Shown piece after piece: positions 44,758-49,724 of a stretch of 49,724 nt of DNA (position 1 is its first letter; each line of letters opens with the position of its first letter). Origin of the DNA: Candidatus Angelobacter sp. (GTDB lineage: Bacteria; Acidobacteriota; Terriglobia; Terriglobales; Acidobacteriaceae); NCBI GenBank assembly GCA_035652415.1, contig DASRDW010000014.1, forward strand, positions 1 to 49,724. Direction: 5' to 3'. The position numbers were made by a program, and so were the translations under genes. The notes beneath the pieces are model-generated. The model did no database searches, was not told where the DNA came from, and saw only the letters and a program-made list of their open reading frames with translations.

Positions 44758-45906
44758 GTGGCTATACGTGAAATTCATGTCAGCGGATACCGGTCAGTAC
44801 GAGACCTTAGGCTGCATTTGAGCCAGATCAACGTAATCACCGGCGCGAATGCAACCGGCAAAACCAATCTGTATAACTCCGTTTTTCTGCTGGCGAAGGC
44901 GGCGGTTGGCGGCTTTGCCCAGGTGATTGCCGAAGAGGGCGGTATGCCGTCTGTGCTTTGGGCCGGGACCCGGAAGAGCAGATCTGTGGGCTCCATTCGC
45001 ATGGAACCGGTGCGAATGAGCCTGGGCATAAAAACAGATCCATTTTCCTATGAATTGGTTTGTGGGCTGCCTAAGCTGGGCGGCCCGGTTGATCGCTCTG
45101 CCTTCTCTCTTGATCCTGAGGTCAAAGAAGAAAGAGTATGGATGGACGCTCCCCATGGATTAAAAGTCACCTTTTTTGAGCGTTCACCCAAAGGCGCATG
45201 GATACTTGATAACGACGAACGCCTTGCCGACTACACTGGTGAGCTCCTGCCCACAGAGTCTGTGCTTTCACAGTTGCGCGAGCCGCATTTGTATCCAGAG
45301 CTTTCATCTTTGCGCACAGAGATGAATCGCTGGCGTTTCTATCACCATTTCCGCACCGATGCTGATTCTCCGCTTCGCCATCCGCAGGTAGGCGTGCGAA
45401 CGCCGGTCTTGGCCCATGATGGTCGAGATCTTGCCGCGGCCCTGCAGACCATCAATGAAGTTGGCCAGTCACAAGACCTGCATGAAGCCGTGCGCCAGGC
45501 ATTTCCGGGTGCCTCCCTTGAGATCGAGCATGACGAAGATAACGGCATGTTTGCCGTTCTGCTACGCATGCCGGGACTTCGTCGTCCGCTGCGCGCTCGT
45601 GAGCTTTCCGATGGAACTCTGCGCTATCTCTGCATGTTGGCCGCGCTACTCAGCCCCCAACCACCGTCACTGCTGGCCTTCAACGAACCGGAGAGCAGCC
45701 TGCATCCCGATCTGCTTGAGCCCCTCGCGCGGCAACTTGTGAATGCCGGCAAATTTTCACAACTTTGGGTGGTCACCCATTCCCACCGTTTGGCTGAGCT
45801 GATAGAAAAATTTTCCGGGGAAGCGCCGATTACATTAGAACTTGTTGGCGGTGAAACCCGCGTCAAAGGCCAGCGGATGATCGAAGAGAGCGAAGAGGCA
45901 GGATAG
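44758..45906 (+). CDS. Stand-alone ABC/SMC-like AAA ATPase (AAA_21/AAA_15-type)
   Basis: GTG start. Walker A is ITGANATGKTN. The signature-like segment is RELSDGTLRYLCMLAALL. Walker B is LLAFNEPESSLHP. The H-loop is VVTHSHRL. Confidence 0.7.
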   Translation: MAIREIHVSGYRSVRDLRLHLSQINVITGANATGKTNLYNSVFLLAKAAVGGFAQVIAEEGGMPSVLWAGTRKSRSVGSIRMEPVRMSLGIKTDPFSYELVCGLPKLGGPVDRSAFSLDPEVKEERVWMDAPHGLKVTFFERSPKGAWILDNDERLADYTGELLPTESVLSQLREPHLYPELSSLRTEMNRWRFYHHFRTDADSPLRHPQVGVRTPVLAHDGRDLAAALQTINEVGQSQDLHEAVRQAFPGASLEIEHDEDNGMFAVLLRMPGLRRPLRARELSDGTLRYLCMLAALLSPQPPSLLAFNEPESSLHPDLLEPLARQLVNAGKFSQLWVVTHSHRLAELIEKFSGEAPITLELVGGETRVKGQRMIEESEEAG

Positions 45907-46008
45907 CGATTGTGAGCAACGGATGTGCTCAGGGTGAGAATATTCATTTTCTGATGTGTTAGCTGTTAAGAGTTGAAGGCTAAGAGCTAACGGCTAAAAG
46001 CTGATGTT

Positions 46009-46602
46009 CTACTTTAAGTGTTTCAACATCTCTTTAAACGCTGGCGTCCCTGACTTGCCCAGCAATTCATAGATCATCATTTCAGTTGATGAGATCACTG
46101 CTCCAGCCGCCTGCATGCGGTTCAAGCCAATCTTCCAATTCATTTCGGTGCGGGAACTCACTGCATCTGCTGCCACATGAACGTTCAAGCCCTGGTTTAA
46201 GGCGCCCAGCGTAGTCTGCGTTACGCAGATATGGCTCTCCATGCCGCAGAGCAGAAGCGTGTTTCGGTTTTCCAGTTTGCCTACCGCTGAACAGTAATCA
46301 CTGTTGCCAAAGCAGCCGAACTCCAGCTTGTCCACTGGTTTCATCGTTGGCAGCATCATGCTGATCTCGTCAATTGTCTTGCCCAGGCCTTTTTCATATT
46401 GCGTGCTGACGATAATTGGTAGGGAAAGAATATCTGCCAGGCGCACCAGAAGTCGTGCATTGCGCACCAGCCGTTCTTTTTCAAAGATCGCGGATAGAAG
46501 CTTCTCTTGAATGTCGATAACGGCCAGCGCGCAGTCTTCCGGCCGCAATATCCGCCGCGCAGCTTCTGTATGAGTGCTGGTGTCCAAGGATACGGTAGCC
46601 AT
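46009..46602 (-). CDS. Isochorismatase-family cysteine hydrolase
   Basis: Motifs are CALAVIDIQEKLL and the catalytic Cys context LLLCGMESHICVTQT. Confidence 0.85.
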   Translation of the reverse strand: MATVSLDTSTHTEAARRILRPEDCALAVIDIQEKLLSAIFEKERLVRNARLLVRLADILSLPIIVSTQYEKGLGKTIDEISMMLPTMKPVDKLEFGCFGNSDYCSAVGKLENRNTLLLCGMESHICVTQTTLGALNQGLNVHVAADAVSSRTEMNWKIGLNRMQAAGAVISSTEMMIYELLGKSGTPAFKEMLKHLK

Positions 46603-46633
46603 AAGAAAATTTTACATCGGCCTGAGCGATCTC

Positions 46634-47776
46634 TCATCCATGCTCGTCATGCGCTGGTACTTTCATGGGATCTTTTGCCTGGCTTAGCTGCCATGCGGTG
46701 GTTTGCCAATTGTCTTTGGCGGTTCCACCTTTAATCCACGGAGGCAAGTTCAGCCGCAAATATTCAGCCAGGGAAAGCGCATACGGCTCATACAATCCGC
46801 GCAGACGGTATAGTTCAGTGGTGGCGGCGTCGCCTTCAGCGAGTACAAACCCTGAAGCCGCGATCGCTTTGCGCAGCTCAGCAAAAACTTCCTCCGGCAG
46901 ACGATTGAGTTGATCATCTTTTGTTGGCGGTGCGGCAAAAACCTGGCTCAGGTCAACCAGAGCATGTCGCGCGATGGCAAACGTCATCCTCGCCTGATAC
47001 TGGCACATGCCTTCCAATCCCACCATCGCAAGCGAACAGACGTCCAGGATTGCCGTTAACGAAGCGATCCATGATTGGTTATCGTGCTGCGAGCGAAAGT
47101 ACGCCAGCGCCGGGTAAGAAAGATGGCTCTCCATCAGTTCCGCCGACCATTCCTCCCAGTCTGCCAACAGTTCAGTCAACGCTTCCATGCCATGCACGCC
47201 GTTTTGGCGGCGCAGCAGCTCTGCTGCGGTTGGCGGCGAACCTGCTCGCGCATCAAGCAGGGAAATGGTCACTTCTCGTCGTGAAAATGCCTGATAAAGC
47301 ACCGGTAAATAGCCAATCACCAGAGCCAGAAATCCGAAACCGATGCCTGCTTCCAACACGGTAACAAAGCGGCCTAGCGGCGAAGCTGGCAATATGTCTC
47401 CCAGGCCGAGCGTAAACAACGTGGTGCCGCTCAAATACAATGCATTGCCAAAATCGCTGGCACCAAGCGAGCCTGCCAGCTTGTCATGCAGGCCATAGTG
47501 CAGCAATCCAAAGCCCAGGACCAGCGCCAGCGCCCAGAGAGCCAGCAAAAGGAGCAATGACAGTGGCCCGTAATAGCTGAGCAGGGAATCGCGTTTCTTG
47601 CGAGTTTTGCGCTGTTCCGCCAGTACGACCCATGGCCGCCAAGTGACCCGATAAAAAAGCCGGGTAAGACGGAACATCCGCGTGACGCGACGCGGAAGTA
47701 CAATGGTTTCAAACGTCTCCCATAGCACCGTCAGGATGAGCAGAACACCGCCGATTACGGCAAAAATTTTTAGCAC
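46634..47776 (-). CDS. Two-TM potassium-channel-like protein (Ion_trans_2) with a large uncharacterised cytoplasmic C-terminal domain
   Basis: The pore helix and filter TTLFTLGLGDILP (filter codons 47396-47413) are flanked by hydrophobic helices. No RCK/TrkA motif is recognised in the C-terminal roughly 220 aa. Confidence 0.65.
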   Translation of the reverse strand: MLKIFAVIGGVLLILTVLWETFETIVLPRRVTRMFRLTRLFYRVTWRPWVVLAEQRKTRKKRDSLLSYYGPLSLLLLLALWALALVLGFGLLHYGLHDKLAGSLGASDFGNALYLSGTTLFTLGLGDILPASPLGRFVTVLEAGIGFGFLALVIGYLPVLYQAFSRREVTISLLDARAGSPPTAAELLRRQNGVHGMEALTELLADWEEWSAELMESHLSYPALAYFRSQHDNQSWIASLTAILDVCSLAMVGLEGMCQYQARMTFAIARHALVDLSQVFAAPPTKDDQLNRLPEEVFAELRKAIAASGFVLAEGDAATTELYRLRGLYEPYALSLAEYLRLNLPPWIKGGTAKDNWQTTAWQLSQAKDPMKVPAHDEHG

Positions 47777-47859
47777 CAGGGAATCTCCGCAACCATTAGA
47801 TTATCTAACATGCGGGGAGAACTGGAGCTAATTACGGTTCAGACCAGCCAAGGGGATAT

Positions 47860-48816
47860 GTGAAAGCCACATTGCATCTGTTGGTAAGCCATCCTTATTT
47901 TGTATTGTTGATCTCCGGTATGTTAGAGCGGGTTGGCGCGCCGCTGTTGTTTTCGCCGGTTTTGGTAGCTGCTGGGGCCCTGGCCGCTGCTGGACAGCTA
48001 CGCTTCGATATTGCGCTCTGGATCGCTCTTTTCACTTGTATAGTCGGTGATGCCTTGTGGTTTGAGCTGGGCAGAAAGAAAGGGAACTCTGTGCTTTCCA
48101 CGCTCTGCCGCATCTCTTTTGAGCCTGATAGCTGCGTGCGCCGTTCCAAGATCTTTTTTGAAAAGGGCTCCAATCGCACTCTGTTTTTTTCCAAATGGCT
48201 CCCTGGTGTGTCTCATGTAGTGCCGGCTGTGGCTGGTCTTTCCGGTGTTGATCGCCAGCATTTCTTTCTTACAAACCTTGGCGGTTCGGCGGTATGGGTT
48301 GTACTGCTAATGCTTGCCGGTTATCTACCGGTAGAGCGAATTCATGTGGCATCGGCTGTGGCTCCGGTGATTTTTGAAGCCAGCCTGGCTGTGTTGGCTG
48401 GAAACGTTGGCATCAAGTACTGGCAGCGGCATCGCTTCCTTAAAGAGCTCTACAAATCACGCATCACTCCAGAAGAGGTCAAGCAGATGTTGGATTCCGG
48501 TGAGAACCTCGTGATCCTCGATCTGCGCCATCCTCTGGATTCCGTCAACGATCCTCGTACTCTGCCGGGCGCAATCCGCGTTTTGCCGGAAGAGGTGACC
48601 AGTCGCGCCAGCACCTTACCCAAGGACGAGGAGATCATCCTCTACTGCACTTGACCTAATGAAGCTACGAGTGCCCGGGTGGCACAACAATTGCAAAAAT
48701 TAGGGATCAAGCGCGTGCGTCCTCTGCAGGGCGGCTTTCACCATTGGAAAGAGCTGGGCTATCCGCTTGTTGATCCCACTGAGGTTGCCTGGGTCACAGC
48801 CCATCACAAAGCTTGA
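47860..48816 (+). CDS. DedA/VTT-domain membrane protein fused to a rhodanese domain; an in-frame TGA at 48652-48654 marks a candidate selenocysteine (otherwise a truncated gene ending at 48654)
   Basis: The DedA motifs are IVGDALWFELGRKKG and FFSKWLPGVSHVVPAVAG. The rhodanese domain is LVILDLRHPLD...EEIILYCT-TGA-PNEATSARVAQQLQKLGIKRVRPLQGGFHHWKELGYPLV. The same frame stays open for 53 more codons, to TGA 48814-48816. Confidence 0.55.
48655..48704 (+). promoter_or_regulatory. SECIS-like stem-loop immediately 3' of the in-frame UGA
   Basis: The outer helix is CCUAAU (48655-60) paired with AUUAGG (48699-704). The apical hairpin is GUGCC-CGGGU-GGCAC (48671-85). The loop starts 21 nt after the UGA and has G at its second position. 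Confidence 0.4.
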
Positions 48817-49559
48817 TCGATCTTGAAAGCGTGGTCCTTTAAATCTTGCACAGCGGCCTTGATATTTTCTGCCTTGCCCAAATCGCGCCAGTAAGCGCCT
48901 TCTGCGTGATAGCCAAGGATTTTTTCGCCCTGTCCAGCTAGCCGAAGATAAGACTCAATGATAGAAAAAACGCCGTCTTCACTCATCATTTCGAGCAGCC
49001 GCGGCGAGATGATGTGAATACCCGTGAACGCCAGTTCTTTGGGCTGTTCTACAGGTTTCACCATCTCGGTTTTCTGCTCTTTAATTATCCGTCGTCCGCA
49101 AAGTTGCATTTGCTCGTCGAATAGCAGATATCGTGAGGTTTCGCGCTGCTGCACTGCCAATGTTGCCATGGCTTTGTTTTGTTGATGAGATTCCAACATC
49201 AGTCCAAGATCTATCGTGCTTATTACATCAACGTTATGAAGGATGAAGGATGCAGGACGACTGTCCTCAAGAAAAAACCAGGATGCTTTCTTGAGCCCGC
49301 CGCCCGTATCAAGTAATGCATCTTCCCGTGAAATCTCCACCCGGATGTTGAAGTTGTTCTTTAACTTCAGGTAATCCATGATGAGGCCGGAGAAATGATG
49401 CGCATTGATGATGACTTCGCGCACGCCGAACTGGCGCAAGCGGGCAATGGTGATCTCAAGCAGCGTGTGTCCCGCCACTTCTACCAACGCCTTAGGCCGG
49501 TCATTGGTCAGCGGACGCAGGCGCGTACCCAGCCCGGCAGCCAGAATCATGGCTTTCAT
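48804..49559 (-). CDS. Sugar-1-phosphate nucleotidyltransferase (NTP_transferase family; MurU/mannose-1-P guanylyltransferase-like)
   Basis: The N-terminus is [35 protein letters not shown]. Its ATG overlaps the rapZ stop (ATGA). Confidence 0.85.
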   Translation of the reverse strand: MKAMILAAGLGTRLRPLTNDRPKALVEVAGHTLLEITIARLRQFGVREVIINAHHFSGLIMDYLKLKNNFNIRVEISREDALLDTGGGLKKASWFFLEDSRPASFILHNVDVISTIDLGLMLESHQQNKAMATLAVQQRETSRYLLFDEQMQLCGRRIIKEQKTEMVKPVEQPKELAFTGIHIISPRLLEMMSEDGVFSIIESYLRLAGQGEKILGYHAEGAYWRDLGKAENIKAAVQDLKDHAFKIDQAL

Positions 49560-49724
49560 TGGGCGAGCTTCTCCAGTTCCAAATGCCGCAACCTGACCTC
49601 AACGCCTGCCCAGCTTTGGAAATGCTTTGCCAGTGCCTCCGCCAGATACACAGAGCGATGTTGTCCGCCTGTGCACCCAAAGGAAACCGTCAGGCTCTTA
49701 AAGCCGCGTTGCAGATAATTCTTG
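49556..49724 (-). CDS. rapZ: RNase adapter protein RapZ (YhbJ), C-terminal fragment; the N-terminus lies beyond the window's right edge
   Basis: My reverse translation gives [65 protein letters not shown] is the RapZ C-terminal hallmark. Confidence 0.8.
   Translation of the reverse strand, partial: KNYLQRGFKSLTVSFGCTGGQHRSVYLAEALAKHFQSWAGVEVRLRHLELEKLAQ

Overview
The window is about 49.7 kb of chromosome and is most consistent with an Acidobacteriota genome. The evidence for that is an ADOP-type duplicated orphan MacB/FtsX permease, many secreted beta-rich proteins, sigma-54 regulation and moderately high GC. I found no rRNA, tRNA, CRISPR array, transposase or integrase.

Housekeeping and metabolic content:
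- a Tat-exported multicopper oxidase (partial, at the left edge)
- a sensor-less histidine kinase with an NtrC-type sigma-54 activator, followed by a sigma-54 promoter and a secreted glycosidase-like/PKD protein
- a potABCD-like polyamine ABC importer
- a signal-less molybdopterin oxidoreductase with a fused FeS/NrfD-like membrane subunit
- an epimerase, a dienelactone hydrolase, an isochorismatase-family hydrolase, a K+ channel-like protein, a nucleotidyltransferase, and rapZ (partial, at the right edge)

Accessory and unusual content:
1. A four-gene locus at 16.9-30.0 kb encodes DUF11/Ig-repeat secreted proteins. It is built around a roughly 1,830-aa protein whose C-terminal ~830 aa look like a very large outer-membrane beta-barrel. 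I consider this a candidate for an undescribed surface-fibre assembly system.
2. A three-gene operon at 30.7-32.0 kb encodes a six-cysteine secreted peptide and two TlpA-like thioredoxin-fold proteins.
3. A trio at 33.9-36.6 kb comprises a small anchored protein, a secreted C39-like cysteine peptidase, and a TPR/POTRA-like/beta-barrel protein.
4. A DedA-rhodanese fusion has an in-frame TGA exactly at the rhodanese catalytic-cysteine position, followed by a SECIS-like hairpin. It is a candidate selenoprotein.
5. An AraC-family gene and the adjacent VOC-family gene each carry a frameshift.
6. There are two well-matched candidate sigma-54 promoters and one weaker one.

All calls come from reading the sequence and ORF translations by eye. 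No database searches were run.
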